A stretch of DNA of 64,000 nucleotides from a virus (taxonomy: Duplodnaviria > Caudoviricetes): the IMG/VR virus record IMGVR_UViG_3300023174_000048, positions 96,001 to 160,000 of that record; one strand, written 5' to 3'. Made by a program: the position numbers and the translations under genes. Every line of letters starts with the position of its first letter. Position 1 is the first letter of the stretch. Shown here one piece after another: positions 28,501 through 38,798 of this stretch. Below the pieces are notes generated by a model, which saw only the letters and a program-made list of their open reading frames with translations, made no database searches and was not told where the DNA came from.

Positions 28501-30296
28501 TGTATTCCCGATTCTTGTAGCTTAGAACAATGTGGCTGAGTCGGACCAAATTGTAGATTAATTTCTGCTCCATCATTCACTACAGTAGAATAAATGTAAT
28601 CATATATTGTTTGATTATTAGCATCAAGACCCTGGTTAGCAGGATCATTATAATCTATATTATCTGATCGATAAACACGGGGGACATCTCCTTTATATGC
28701 CATGCTGGGAATAAATAATGTTTTAAGATCTAGAGAGACATCTCTAAAACGAGGTTTTCCAACATCATATAATGGTATGGTTATTTTTTTTGTATTATCA
28801 ACTAGAACATCTATATTTGCATTAAACTCATTTAGTTTTGTTTGTATTGTGGTGTTGTCAAAAATAATTCTTTGATTATTATATACTGAAGTATTTGTTA
28901 GGGTTTTACTACAATAATTATCTAAAACTTGTGTGATTGCAATACCTTTGTTGTCAAATTTTAAAACATCAGTCTTTGCAGAAATAGACGAAGTTCCTGA
29001 TAGTTTAAGATGTGCCCCATATTTTGATATTAATTTATAAAATAGTTGTGAATTATCATTAATTAAATTATTATTGATTGTTATGGGAGAAAATTTAGTA
29101 TCTAAATACAAAGACTTATTTGTCGTATCGTTAGTTGTATTTTGTAAAAATCTGCTAATATCTATTAATAAGTTTTTTAAGTTTAATATTTCACCATTAA
29201 TATCAACCAACGACTCATTGAGTTTACTTTCTATAATATTCCTTATTTCTATAGAGTCTAATGCTTCTATAGAAAAATCATCAATGAATGGACTAGTACT
29301 TAGTGCATGGGCAATTCTTTTATAGAATCTCGATCTTTTTAAATTTTTATTACTAAAAGATCTTTTTTCATCAAGTGTTAATATTCTATATATTGACGAA
29401 TATTTCTGATAAAGAGCGGATGAAACATATGATCTGCATGATATATTGTATGATAAGGAAGAAACTCTCTCAGCATCGCTATTATGAAAGAAAAAACAGT
29501 CTCCGTCAGGAATCCAGAGTATTGGATTCATATCCATCCTGTGCAAAGAAGATGTATTGTCATAAACATTCTCTGATTTATACATATTAGCTATTTTAAA
29601 TAATGGATTAGTCCCTAAAGTACTAAGTTCCACAATAGTTTTTCCTAATTCCTCGTCAAACACATAACTTCCATCTTTGATGGTTCTGCTCTGTGCATTA
29701 ATTGAATATAGTCTAGAATTATTTATTTTAATATAAACATTATTAGCATCTCCGCTTTTAACCAATCTTGATCCATTTGGAAAATATGTTAATGGTTGCT
29801 CTTTACCTCCGTGAATATTAGAATTATTAGTTATATCTTTTAGTCTAAACCAACAAAGAATTCCATAATATACAGAGTAAGGAGTATTCTGTCCATTTAA
29901 TAGCCAATCAATAGACATTTTAGCATTACTAGTTGTCCAGCTTTTAAAGTTTGGGGTGAAAGAGAAAAAACTCTCAATACCCAATTGTCCACTAGTTAAT
30001 AAAGGATTGCTATTATAACAGCTGCCGTGAGATGACAATAGTTTATTATCAACATATGTATCAGAATTAATAATTAATGGCTGCCATACATCTAATACAT
30101 CATCAAGAATGGAACTTGCTTGAGATTGTTGTATCAGAGCATCAAAAGACGGTGAACGAATTAATCCTCCTGGGTTGCTATCATTATAAGTTAATGTCCC
30201 ATTGGAACTGACTGTATACGGCAACAAGTCATCCAATAATGAATGCTTAATAATATTGCAATTGCTACTTTTGTCTATAATCCTTGAACTAAACAT
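22566..30296 (-). CDS. Giant virion/tail-associated protein (2576 aa) with PKD-like and proprotein-convertase P-domain-like segments
   Basis: FFWEQLSGP...GKYTFQCTISSPFG; GIKDIEIKLNF...MVVWLD...NWELILH; last gene of the tail arm. Confidence 0.6.
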   Translation of the reverse strand: MFSSRIIDKSSNCNIIKHSLLDDLLPYTVSSNGTLTYNDSNPGGLIRSPSFDALIQQSQASSILDDVLDVWQPLIINSDTYVDNKLLSSHGSCYNSNPLLTSGQLGIESFFSFTPNFKSWTTSNAKMSIDWLLNGQNTPYSVYYGILCWFRLKDITNNSNIHGGKEQPLTYFPNGSRLVKSGDANNVYIKINNSRLYSINAQSRTIKDGSYVFDEELGKTIVELSTLGTNPLFKIANMYKSENVYDNTSSLHRMDMNPILWIPDGDCFFFHNSDAERVSSLSYNISCRSYVSSALYQKYSSIYRILTLDEKRSFSNKNLKRSRFYKRIAHALSTSPFIDDFSIEALDSIEIRNIIESKLNESLVDINGEILNLKNLLIDISRFLQNTTNDTTNKSLYLDTKFSPITINNNLINDNSQLFYKLISKYGAHLKLSGTSSISAKTDVLKFDNKGIAITQVLDNYCSKTLTNTSVYNNQRIIFDNTTIQTKLNEFNANIDVLVDNTKKITIPLYDVGKPRFRDVSLDLKTLFIPSMAYKGDVPRVYRSDNIDYNDPANQGLDANNQTIYDYIYSTVVNDGAEINLQFGPTQPHCSKLQESGIQLSALTIAEIEKSYDEGSELSLINYINSQNSFFWEQLSGPEGTFGDNGLLSGTSNEVIFYTNYTGKYTFQCTISSPFGTFKKQKTIYVVDGRQLVIGQGGAMKENAVSYGKYWDSKNISWVYPPLVTPSYIVSENIPLILDKDLIKSNISKINKIAISNYHGVIYPIKTDFSVREFIGTLGTRAQDDVYSLSKDYIFGYSSNYIYRETCPLTLIYENNNTIVKLHSVWLEKIRTDQDECSQCLSLYFPKIRSVKTSSRISETDSNGNVVNTRNVNFNRTIRTNKDPEGFTLRAYEWDSARNLAKNIKEVGDFNYPTISTKKAPKIKAYGGYSKKFIDSIGVEINGLTKPQTSINDNGIVAGPGASTNLPVITGFPLNYRNFPDTSTYKLCYQKAVMVSGTGLILPFSKGVFHPNSGWIPYSGGNEYSIHANRCGVLKFNPGARDSFSFLGPQITRLRSGPINSENNIIQSKTFSSSVTLGIAKEIQWDPACSCESPPPGADIQLYNDNQKHKNYIDTKITNSNNSSNHGYRILAGGEPKGIEATATNNFPIANDEFLTDQATTNFYYSFAVTGPNSLPDKIQLPDGRMQFRIPRVNAFGIKDIEIKLNFLNYVNTKNMVVWLDVEYASAEDSSRFGSTANPPPSPLKSSEEFLDQTLNPRIFFGNYGPNQTSIDGSLNNTKVESYLKDLVGMNSPSGLPGNIFKLVLLNQETIQNNNYNFSVKFSDHASKFNVPCDMNMLGSGYYHPSGQYSYMTSQASRLQNIIRSNDEILPTIAATGYSDRECCEYSSIIKHNRLNISNNNFSKFVANTLFRNKGPMDGPCGPDRAPKQREGDLDGKTKFTLNIMVLDEEDDMNVLDSTINNQYLSGLESTENKTKSHLLYNSLCNWELILHVGPVRDSTPTTNPSLASYGNNDALSLFDYKKDPSYPGYSFIADLSSQKHLLPIANYNAPYSCIADSTTCLTSQDDPTGQGVMVRPPEFPYYAIIQIMAALAGYGATTGGTLVGALAGLEGAVNSPGYNAIFDYFKEVRFSESLENQGRQIYFPSYAKYPFGSPEKILINFKKPSSLWYTAEASIFKYHNTPILKPDRYKFIKLSGGVDGLGDFSFDLINSIEDLIDQNFIKQINLSCGSNLPSLPLPTAISDSFINEGDIVRVAFTGNGCENPSQICIAKNNETWTNLKLDPSALSKANHYLQHNAILGSSNSLSSIDLSENKAVLVKGKIPYDIFKKGDIVSCSGTSSTNATISKKGLIYKNNKYYSLLVFENSVSGYNLMSVPNTMNIFLTYKDETTIIDKTSKKYNIWGADYINKNVFNNITDIAPTTHSVGSYGDMSLFMNKNMLSNNIHNNQLQEINDIFNNRNNDKIKHNKIKIFVSGIENTGFVSNSSYGFSYSKEDLNILTPIFRKEKENKDYYYIKSDTDDATNHDTIVKNIQFSSSYNDIPSNFSIIRTDDGVNSLTSGISTGELEIENKYYEYKPMRSITTSELSWVISRLSTIESTGVDNTLEAAVGVPGSTSTILNSSKLKYLQKHYAKLEDDPIDCYTPSPANAAACNKKKTYAAIKDLLEEKNSIIQLLDEQTVFDIPANNTIYQLNRSDYSNYKLKSSLPITDSRRISPYILPKIEPVLSGIEWRGANEGEQSGPIYIHYREANKDHYWINIDSKQSCFQDFESNPKVLISTKYKCTEANPVLDISTPHIDNNICPFFTTKPDQGIQFDFGATENMTSNVNEFTYTINSNSITQQKNAFQRQYPAITGWKTLTKLRYFNINGDQTMDNILGPGSEVTIESTESYAVPLTNENQGNDNSGDTLDLSGIGGCQTNIGSPGGKGMMTLGNTRIGKPTRVCNIVNLDNTNNISVMVKRIPRMLRGVDILSTVYRYGSKSEFRPASFTSPPVPYETDLANAQVGNINNSLYVWVALQRNPLTFSLEPTTLPDFFKLQNEMIFRSFFGSVDKIENKSDVAASYFPWEMIPYEYE

Positions 30297-33200
30297 TATT
30301 TAATTGCCGTTAGTGTCCACTTTCCATTTAAGAATGTAAATATAGCTATAGCATTAGTTGTTACTGTGAATCCTAGAGGATTATCAAAATTAACGGTCAT
30401 TGTTGGAACAACTCCTGATCGTCTGCCTTGTACATAATGCATGTCTATTAGGGTCTGAGTTGCGCTAGTAATCTTACCTTTAACAATTAGAGATGGCTTG
30501 CTGACTGGCTCATAAAAACCTGTCTTTTTGTTGTATCTGCAAAGTAATTTTGTTCCTCGTGGAGCACAATATCCTGTTTTATCTTTAATATATATTAATC
30601 TTCTATACCCCTGTCGTAAAGGCTCGCTGCTAAATTCAATATCGTCAATATAACCTCTTGTAACATATGTCTCATCAAAATCTGGTTGTTTAATTAAATC
30701 TTCTTCAAGAGTAGCATATATCATTCTGTAAATATACTTCTTTTTTGCTTTTTTGTCTAAAAAGCTTTTTAGTGTGGTTATATCATTAGAGTTGGTAAGA
30801 ATATAAGGAGGATCAATCTCTTCTCCTCCGCCACCTCCGGCCCAAACCATTCTGTCTTGATCCCAAATTAGATCAATAGGACCAACTTTCCATAAGTCAG
30901 GACGCTCTGCCCAATTTAAATAAAAATCATTTAATTTAACTTTTTCTGACCACTTTCCGTTAAACTTTTGAGTTTTACTAATTATACTTCCTTTAAATCC
31001 CTGAGTATAATCAATTGGATTTCCATCTGTTGGTGGATTTCCAGGATCATATCCTCCCTCAACATCCATATTGTCTTCTATTTTAATAGTAGTTACATCA
31101 GTATTATTTATTGCTGCTGTAGTAAGTGATGACCATGATGATGGCAAATTCTCATAATTAAAAGTTTTAGAAAAAATATTGGTATTTCCGGATATGGTAA
31201 ATAGTTCGCCGACAGATAATGAGCTATATTTTTTAGTAGCCCCGCTATTAGTTAATTTAAGCTTAAATCTTTTTGGTCTACCAAAATTGTCATAGGCTAA
31301 TGGTTCATCAGCAGCATTAGGAACAGGATATCCGTCAGCATCATATCCCCAAGAGTGTAGTGTTAATGGTCCTCTTAGTCCGAAAAATCTTTGATTATTC
31401 TCGTGCAACATATTAAGAGCATCACTAGATTTATCCCTTATATGATATAAAGCTTCATCATAAGGATAATAGTCTAAATCATTGGATGGAACACCATCTG
31501 GATGATTAGTATGGGCCCTTAGATTTCTACTAGTCTCAAGCTTGTATCCCGTTTTATTTTGTGGAACTGATCCTCTCGCCACAATTTCTATACAATGGCG
31601 TAATCTGTCTCTGAAAATTCTACCCCCAGTAGTTAAGCCCCCTATATCTTCGTGTGCTCCGTCTGGATGAGCACCAGTATAGTTTTGAGAGTTAGAGTTT
31701 TTAAATTCTCCATATGGAACAACTATAGGATTTAATGTAATCAAATTAATTGGAATATCTTCATCTGTTACTATCTTAGCATTTAATTTTTCACCAGCAT
31801 TACCACACTTATCACATGTTATCTTTGTTGCTACTTCTGCTCTATCTCCATTTTCATTATATTGTACAACACTGATATCTCTAACTTTTGTGCCTCTACA
31901 AAATGGACAATTAGAGGTATTATGTAAAGAATATGAGAATGTTGAGTTCTTAAAGGTTGGATAAAAAGATACTGGAGATAATATTCCATCCAAACTCATT
32001 GCTGACTGCATTCCATAGTCTTTTGATAATTGATTTTCAAGCTCTTTTCTTTGAAATAATTGTACGGTCGATGTTACTCTTGCTATTGCTTTTAGTGACG
32101 ATACTGATGAAGCCGTCTCTAATTTGCTGCTTGATGGTTGACCAACATCTGAACTATTAACAAGAGCCCACTTGGTTGCTTTCGATGTTCGTGTATTAAA
32201 AGCTCCGGGACTACTAGATATGGAAAAATCATCAATTACTTTTGGAGTTCTTGATGGTTCATTAATAAGAGGAGAAGCCTGACCAACTAATACTGTGCTG
32301 GGACTCCAACTAAATAGTTTCGAAGACAGGTCTGAACTTCCAAATTGGGCATTATTTAATCTTTCTTGTAATATTAGATCTCTTTCTTTATTTTTTAAAT
32401 TAGTAATTTCCTGATTAATTTGAGAGATCTGTTTTCCTCTTTTCAGATTTAACCTATTAGCTCTTCTTATTCTGTCATTTTCTTCTTTATTAAATAGTCC
32501 TAATTTCCTCGTATATGTTCTGAATGAATAAGTTGTGGATATTCCCTGTTGTCCAACACTTGTTTGTATAGAGGTTATAATTGGACCATCAACAAAGTAT
32601 GATGGAGTTTTTAAGTCTAATACTTTGTATATTGCAGTAACTGTGTTTTCTGTATTAGGGGAGAAAGACATAGTTGCTCCTGGAATATATGATAAATTCA
32701 CAACAGAAGCTACGGAGTCTTTAACGTCTTTGTAACCATAACCAGATGGCGATATAATATGCAATCCTGTATTGGCTAATGCAAAATTACCACCTATATT
32801 AAATAATGGAAGTCCTGGCATATCTAATTGAGCAGTTTCTATAACGCTCTGGTAGTTCACTTTTGTTTGTATCTCTTTAAAAGCAACAATATCTAACTGA
32901 TGCATTCCTCCATAATTCCAAGGAACAAAATCATCATTAAATTCTATATTAACATTTGATATTAAATTGTTTAATGCTTTATCAACTTCTGCTTGCGTGG
33001 TTGCGCGACTTGAATATGTGCAAGTTAATGGAAACGTTGATGATTGAGTAACAAGCTGACCAGATGGGAAAATACCAGTACCCTCTAGTGCTGGATAATT
33101 AGTCCATGGTCCATAAACAAATTGATTTGATTTGATTGGAATACCGGCAAAAAAAGGATGAGCGGCTTTTGGTGCTAGCTCAACATTATTTGCAGTATGA

Positions 33201-36200
33201 TTAGATGATACGGTATATAGTCCAAGAAAATATGGATTATCACTATCGTCTAATACTATTGGACTAATATAGTTCAACATGTATCTTATCCAATCCATAT
33301 CCCAATCATCTTTTCTGGTAGTCTTTAAGTATATCATCAAGTCTTCAGCTGAAATGTTGGATATTACTGTTCTGTTAGGATCTTTAGCATTTTCTTCGCT
33401 AGATAAATTTAAATTAATTCCTGGAGAATCTATTAAGATTTTTGGATTTTCAAATCTAGTAGGATCTATATATATAAAACTTTCTTCAACTGATGTTGAT
33501 ACGTAAAGTTTTGATCTTGGCATTGATATGCCTTTTGTCATTGTCCCAGTAAGCTCTACTATCTCTGCCCCCCAAGCATCATACGATTTTACTATTGAAC
33601 CTAGAGTTAATGCTGTTGTCATACTTCCAGTAGGTACTATGCTGGTGCCAACAGTGGAGATATATTTTTGGTCAACTATAACATAGTCATTATTTGATAA
33701 AGAAGAAATATCTAATGATGGAAATATGTAGCTATCAGTACAACTTTTTGTTTTATATTCATTAAGAGTGAGCCAACTATCATAACTAAAATATGGATTT
33801 GCCTGTTCTTTTATAATGTCTTGAATTGGCGTAGTTTTATTAGCGGCCACACACTTTGCCTGTCTAATATAGTCATAATTATAATTATTGTTATAGCCCA
33901 ATAATGGCTGAATCTTACCAGTATCGTCCGTTAATGTCATCCATTGTGTTCCTCCAACAGCCATACTATCATCTATTATGTTTCCATATTCTTCCCAGGC
34001 CCCATCATTAGTTGGCGTATAATTATATCTTAAATTACCGTCTCCACTAAATATGTATCCGTATCCAACATTTGTGGGAAAAGCGAATCCGGTAACACTA
34101 TTTTCTCTATAGGTTCTTAATTGATCAGCAGACACCATGTATTTTTTGCCATAATACTTTGCAATGTCCGTAATAAATTTATGAATTATTTTTAAATCTT
34201 GCAAAGCTTTTTCTTGAATATATTGGCTACCATCATTTTTATCTGGATAAACGGCAGTTGGATATAATTCGTCTCCGGCAATATTAGGACCAAGTAATTT
34301 CCAATACCAGTCTGTTTCTTGAAAAGCAATTTTTTCAGCTTTATCAAGTTCCATACCCATATTATTCACTAGTTCATCTCGTGTTTTAATATAGTATGCT
34401 CTTCTTATTAACTCTATTAAGTCTGGCTTATATGTTTTTGCTAATGAATAAACAAGATAATTATCAAATCCTGCTATTGCTGCTCGTATCTCAGATTCTG
34501 TTAATACAAAAAATTCTACAGGGTCATAACTATTTAATATTCCAAGATTATTAAATGTTGTTGTTGGAGGATCCAGATTTGCTGTTTGAGGAAGAGCAAA
34601 GCCAGCTCCAGTTTCAAGATATGCTCGGCTAATTGGCACATTAAGCTTTGGTAATTCTGATATTCTTACTATTATAGATATTTGAGATGTCCAGGTGTCA
34701 TACCATACTGGACGTATTCTTCTAAAATCAGTATTTGCAGAATCATTGGCTCCTACCTTTAATCCAATTTTATTATCATAAACGAAACCAAAAAATGGAC
34801 ATATATTATCTAAATATAATGGAAACCATCTTCCCACAGAAGTGTCTGTTTGTGAGTATGCAATAGCATGACTATTTTTAAAGCACGGTTCATAGTTACC
34901 ATAATTAACATCAACACCGTCTAAGAGTTCATTTTTTGTATTCCATATATCATCTTTAGTACCAAAACCCTTTGAGGCAGCAGTTTGCATAGTATCTTCG
35001 TCATTAATTATGCTAACATATGCTGTCTCTAGTCTGCTTGATGTTCCAAGATAATCTGATATTTTTTTATTTCTTGAACTATTAAAGTTTGGAAATCTTA
35101 TTTTGCCGTGACCATATTGCTTAGTTGTAATAGTTGGAGCATCATTACCTATCGGCGCTCCATCAGCCAAAGAATAGTAGTTAACAAATTTTCTTGTTCT
35201 GGGATTATAAATGAAATTATTCTGAGTATATGCTAATCTATAACTTTTTACTTGGTATAATCTTTGTTGCTGTCCTCCAATAACCAAACATCTTGATGGA
35301 GTATCATTCTTTTCTTTTCCTATAGTATTTGATGATACTTGATAATTATTGCATTCTAATGATTTTATAGTATTTTCAATAAGATTTGTACTAGGTTGTT
35401 TTAGCCTTGATATTGCTTTAACTTTTATAACATGATAAAGTTTAGCACTATATACTCGTGGAATCATTTCTATGCTAAAGTCACAACCAGCTCTTTCTCC
35501 AATATCATTTAATAAATCGGTTATGCTAAGAAATGGTCCTGTGGTTCGTATATCATTTGGCAATCTTTTCTTTATTCTAGTATTATCTGTATATATAACG
35601 TCATGAAGATCTAATACAAATTGACATCTATTTGTTGAGGTAGTATCATTTGACATAGCATTTAAAGTTTGAGGATATACTACTCCAAATCTATTAAAAG
35701 CTGATGTTATTGGTTCATATAAATTACCATTATCCTCTCTTTGCATACATTTGGATATGATTCTTCCAAATGGAGAAAATGCTCTTTTTATAGCTTCGCT
35801 ACTTCTGTTAGGAGTACTTCCTTGACCTAAAACAGTATCTAATTTAAATGTGCTATCATGCGTTATTGAAGTTAACATCATTAAAGCGTCTAGAATAGAA
35901 TTTATACTAACTCCTCTATCGTCTGGTCGTGCTATTCCATAGTTTCCCTCACCGAAAGACTCTAAAAATCCATAAATGTTGAAAATATTAGGAATTGTTC
36001 CATGCTTTAAATCAGTATCACTATAATTAGCACCAAGCGATTTTAAATAATTCTTTGGACCACCATATATTGACGTAGATCCGGGGGCATCTGCTTTGCT
36101 AAAAATTGATCCAGCATATTTATCAACTATAATATAAGAAGAATTTAGAATAGCCTGTGGACCATTAATAATAACAGTATAATTTTTACCTCCGCTACCA

Positions 36201-36769
36201 ATATCTCGTGACCAAGATTGAACAAAGCCCCCAAATTGAAAATCCCCCATTTTAAAATAAACAGGAGTATCGATTATATCATACTTATATCCTGGATGAC
36301 TATCCTCAGCAACGTTTGAGTAAGTATTTTCTTCTTGTATTCTTGTTTTTCTTCCAAAAAATCCAGGATCAGGATCTTTCCAGTATTTTGATATTAATCC
36401 TTTGGTTTCTGATAATTCATAGTATACTTTTCCTGGAACTATTCTGTTTTCTATGGGAGTAGTCTCACTAGCTGCCGCCCCAGTATATTTATCAATAAAA
36501 CATCCTACTCCACTACAAAGAGTATAATGATCATCAGTATTGATAGTACCAGTGAACTGCGGATACATGCTTCCGTCATTTGGTTGGCCTGCTGTGAGAG
36601 AAGGAGACGGATCACAAGAGTAGACCAATTCATCTTCTACTAAATTAACTGTTAATTGTGATGGCTGTGTTCCCCAGCCGAAGTTGCTAGTGAAACTGGC
36701 TACACTAGCTCCTAAGAATAATGTTTGCGCAATTGGTTTATCTATATTTGAACATACTTTTGTTGGCAT
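30296..36769 (-). CDS. Large tail-tip/baseplate hub-like protein (2157 aa)
   Basis: N-terminal QTLFLGASVASFTSNFGWGTQPSQLTVNLVED; beta-rich; position in the tail module. The function is inferred. Confidence 0.5.
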   Translation of the reverse strand: MPTKVCSNIDKPIAQTLFLGASVASFTSNFGWGTQPSQLTVNLVEDELVYSCDPSPSLTAGQPNDGSMYPQFTGTINTDDHYTLCSGVGCFIDKYTGAAASETTPIENRIVPGKVYYELSETKGLISKYWKDPDPGFFGRKTRIQEENTYSNVAEDSHPGYKYDIIDTPVYFKMGDFQFGGFVQSWSRDIGSGGKNYTVIINGPQAILNSSYIIVDKYAGSIFSKADAPGSTSIYGGPKNYLKSLGANYSDTDLKHGTIPNIFNIYGFLESFGEGNYGIARPDDRGVSINSILDALMMLTSITHDSTFKLDTVLGQGSTPNRSSEAIKRAFSPFGRIISKCMQREDNGNLYEPITSAFNRFGVVYPQTLNAMSNDTTSTNRCQFVLDLHDVIYTDNTRIKKRLPNDIRTTGPFLSITDLLNDIGERAGCDFSIEMIPRVYSAKLYHVIKVKAISRLKQPSTNLIENTIKSLECNNYQVSSNTIGKEKNDTPSRCLVIGGQQQRLYQVKSYRLAYTQNNFIYNPRTRKFVNYYSLADGAPIGNDAPTITTKQYGHGKIRFPNFNSSRNKKISDYLGTSSRLETAYVSIINDEDTMQTAASKGFGTKDDIWNTKNELLDGVDVNYGNYEPCFKNSHAIAYSQTDTSVGRWFPLYLDNICPFFGFVYDNKIGLKVGANDSANTDFRRIRPVWYDTWTSQISIIVRISELPKLNVPISRAYLETGAGFALPQTANLDPPTTTFNNLGILNSYDPVEFFVLTESEIRAAIAGFDNYLVYSLAKTYKPDLIELIRRAYYIKTRDELVNNMGMELDKAEKIAFQETDWYWKLLGPNIAGDELYPTAVYPDKNDGSQYIQEKALQDLKIIHKFITDIAKYYGKKYMVSADQLRTYRENSVTGFAFPTNVGYGYIFSGDGNLRYNYTPTNDGAWEEYGNIIDDSMAVGGTQWMTLTDDTGKIQPLLGYNNNYNYDYIRQAKCVAANKTTPIQDIIKEQANPYFSYDSWLTLNEYKTKSCTDSYIFPSLDISSLSNNDYVIVDQKYISTVGTSIVPTGSMTTALTLGSIVKSYDAWGAEIVELTGTMTKGISMPRSKLYVSTSVEESFIYIDPTRFENPKILIDSPGINLNLSSEENAKDPNRTVISNISAEDLMIYLKTTRKDDWDMDWIRYMLNYISPIVLDDSDNPYFLGLYTVSSNHTANNVELAPKAAHPFFAGIPIKSNQFVYGPWTNYPALEGTGIFPSGQLVTQSSTFPLTCTYSSRATTQAEVDKALNNLISNVNIEFNDDFVPWNYGGMHQLDIVAFKEIQTKVNYQSVIETAQLDMPGLPLFNIGGNFALANTGLHIISPSGYGYKDVKDSVASVVNLSYIPGATMSFSPNTENTVTAIYKVLDLKTPSYFVDGPIITSIQTSVGQQGISTTYSFRTYTRKLGLFNKEENDRIRRANRLNLKRGKQISQINQEITNLKNKERDLILQERLNNAQFGSSDLSSKLFSWSPSTVLVGQASPLINEPSRTPKVIDDFSISSSPGAFNTRTSKATKWALVNSSDVGQPSSSKLETASSVSSLKAIARVTSTVQLFQRKELENQLSKDYGMQSAMSLDGILSPVSFYPTFKNSTFSYSLHNTSNCPFCRGTKVRDISVVQYNENGDRAEVATKITCDKCGNAGEKLNAKIVTDEDIPINLITLNPIVVPYGEFKNSNSQNYTGAHPDGAHEDIGGLTTGGRIFRDRLRHCIEIVARGSVPQNKTGYKLETSRNLRAHTNHPDGVPSNDLDYYPYDEALYHIRDKSSDALNMLHENNQRFFGLRGPLTLHSWGYDADGYPVPNAADEPLAYDNFGRPKRFKLKLTNSGATKKYSSLSVGELFTISGNTNIFSKTFNYENLPSSWSSLTTAAINNTDVTTIKIEDNMDVEGGYDPGNPPTDGNPIDYTQGFKGSIISKTQKFNGKWSEKVKLNDFYLNWAERPDLWKVGPIDLIWDQDRMVWAGGGGGEEIDPPYILTNSNDITTLKSFLDKKAKKKYIYRMIYATLEEDLIKQPDFDETYVTRGYIDDIEFSSEPLRQGYRRLIYIKDKTGYCAPRGTKLLCRYNKKTGFYEPVSKPSLIVKGKITSATQTLIDMHYVQGRRSGVVPTMTVNFDNPLGFTVTTNAIAIFTFLNGKWTLTAIK

Positions 36770-36770
36770 A

Positions 36771-38780
36771 TTAATAATCTAAATAATTTTTACTATTTGT
36801 GCATTGCTGATAAACCCATCCAATTGATTTTGAATATCTTCCATTAGTAGGATCCCATGATTGAGTATCATTGGTCACATAAACTTGTCCTTGGGCATTA
36901 TTATTATTCCTATTAAAATTAGCATTTCCGAATATGTATGAAGCCCTATCTCCAAATGGCTTTAATCCTTCAATAATTCCTGTTATAGTTTGATACACCG
37001 TTCCTCCCGTCCATAAAGGACAAGTGGTATTTTGCATAAAAAAGCCGCCCATACTAGATGGTGGAACCACTCCAACCTCGATGGTGACGCTTTTTCTTGT
37101 TGATGTTTTTGTTCCAAGATTTTGTAAAACTGGCCCTAATGATCGACCCAAAACGAAAGCTTCTCCAATAACATCTGTTGGCCCAGTTTCTTCAATACTA
37201 ACACTTTCATATAAAACACCACTTATTATTGTAAACTTATTATTAAACTCATAACTATATGATATGCTACCCTTTTTAGGATTATGTGTTTCAGAAGTTG
37301 ATATCGGTATAATATTTAATACAGAATTTCTAGAATATACTGGATTATTTGGGGGCTGTGGTGGATTAACTGCTCCTGGTATATATCCTTTTGTTCTGTC
37401 AGGACTACTCATCGGTATACAAGCTCTTCTGTACAAATATGGCTTAACTTCATTTATCCATCCACTAACAGCGTTAGCATACTTACTAGCCATTAAATTT
37501 TTAGTTACTGGTAATCCATTATCTGCTATTGCTGTATTAAATGATAAATTATCTAACAGTCCGGTAGATGAACTTAAATCAAATTTTAAAGGACTTCCAC
37601 TACCACTAACATATGGAAGTCCAGTAATTGCTGGATTACTAATACTTAATCCTATAATTTCTCCTTGAACTCTAACAGTATGAATATATTTATCGTCAGT
37701 GCTCATTTCTAATGAATAATCTTCAATAAAAGTTATTCCTGTTGGCATGGCTAACCAAGTATCAGTTATCTCATATCTGGCAGCATGAACATCAAAATTG
37801 GTGGATCTTAGATGATTATAAAAATATCCATCGGTTCCTCCTATTCCTCTCGTTAGCATTGGTGACCATAAAACGTTATCTGTTTTTTTATCAAAAATAG
37901 CAGATGATCGTTCCATCACCCATTTTTTAGCATTATTAAATGCTGATACTGCTAATGGTGGATATCTGTCAAAATCTATTTTATTTTGTTCATTTATTGG
38001 CAAAGTACTTTTACAAAATCCTGTTCCAGAAGGTATTCCTACGGCACTAATTGTTCTAGAAACTTTAAATTGAGGAATACTTAGATAATTAATATCAACT
38101 GGTGCTACTGCTGTTCCTCCAGTATTTGTTTGGTTCGATTTGGGTTCTCCAGCAGTATTTGTTGGAGCTGTTGGCTTTAATTGAGGATTATCATACTCTG
38201 TTTTTTGTATTACATTAATAGTTCCTTTACTGTAAATATAGTCTTCTAATGGTTCTATGCTCCAACTATCACTATAATCTTTAACATACCAACCACTGTA
38301 TGCCGGTTCCAAATATTCCAATACCGCCGTATAATCTGCGGTAAATATCCAATTATCATTACTCTTGTTAACATCAAAACTAACTAATCTAACACCACCA
38401 GCGCTAAATATGCTAGTTTCTACAGCGTTTGGTGCTGATTTGCATGTTATATCAAAACTTCCACAAGTATTTATTTTGAATATTTGATTTAATCCACTAA
38501 TTGCTGACATCATTGGACCGATGCCACTACCATTAGGTGATGCTTCTTTAGTAATAGTAACTTTACCAGTTAATGTTATTCTGTTGGTAAAAACCATAGG
38601 TTCTCCTGCTTCGTTTCTTTCAACAGAAGTGGAGAAATCAATGAATGGAGTTGGTCCAGCAACAGTGTGGATACCGCTACCGTTGAAATATACTCCAACA
38701 GCATTAGTAGGACCAAGAGCTTGTATAGTAGCAAAATCTTGTGTAGAATTTAGAGCTTCTAATGAATAAACCATAATCAA
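36771..38780 (-). CDS. Putative distal-tail/baseplate protein (669 aa)
   Basis: Beta-rich repeats of the YSxSxE...SxTISAxG type, directly upstream of the hub-like gene. Function from synteny only. Confidence 0.4.
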   Translation of the reverse strand: MIMVYSLEALNSTQDFATIQALGPTNAVGVYFNGSGIHTVAGPTPFIDFSTSVERNEAGEPMVFTNRITLTGKVTITKEASPNGSGIGPMMSAISGLNQIFKINTCGSFDITCKSAPNAVETSIFSAGGVRLVSFDVNKSNDNWIFTADYTAVLEYLEPAYSGWYVKDYSDSWSIEPLEDYIYSKGTINVIQKTEYDNPQLKPTAPTNTAGEPKSNQTNTGGTAVAPVDINYLSIPQFKVSRTISAVGIPSGTGFCKSTLPINEQNKIDFDRYPPLAVSAFNNAKKWVMERSSAIFDKKTDNVLWSPMLTRGIGGTDGYFYNHLRSTNFDVHAARYEITDTWLAMPTGITFIEDYSLEMSTDDKYIHTVRVQGEIIGLSISNPAITGLPYVSGSGSPLKFDLSSSTGLLDNLSFNTAIADNGLPVTKNLMASKYANAVSGWINEVKPYLYRRACIPMSSPDRTKGYIPGAVNPPQPPNNPVYSRNSVLNIIPISTSETHNPKKGSISYSYEFNNKFTIISGVLYESVSIEETGPTDVIGEAFVLGRSLGPVLQNLGTKTSTRKSVTIEVGVVPPSSMGGFFMQNTTCPLWTGGTVYQTITGIIEGLKPFGDRASYIFGNANFNRNNNNAQGQVYVTNDTQSWDPTNGRYSKSIGWVYQQCTNSKNYLDY

Positions 38781-38798
38781 ATATCCTTAGTATCTTAT

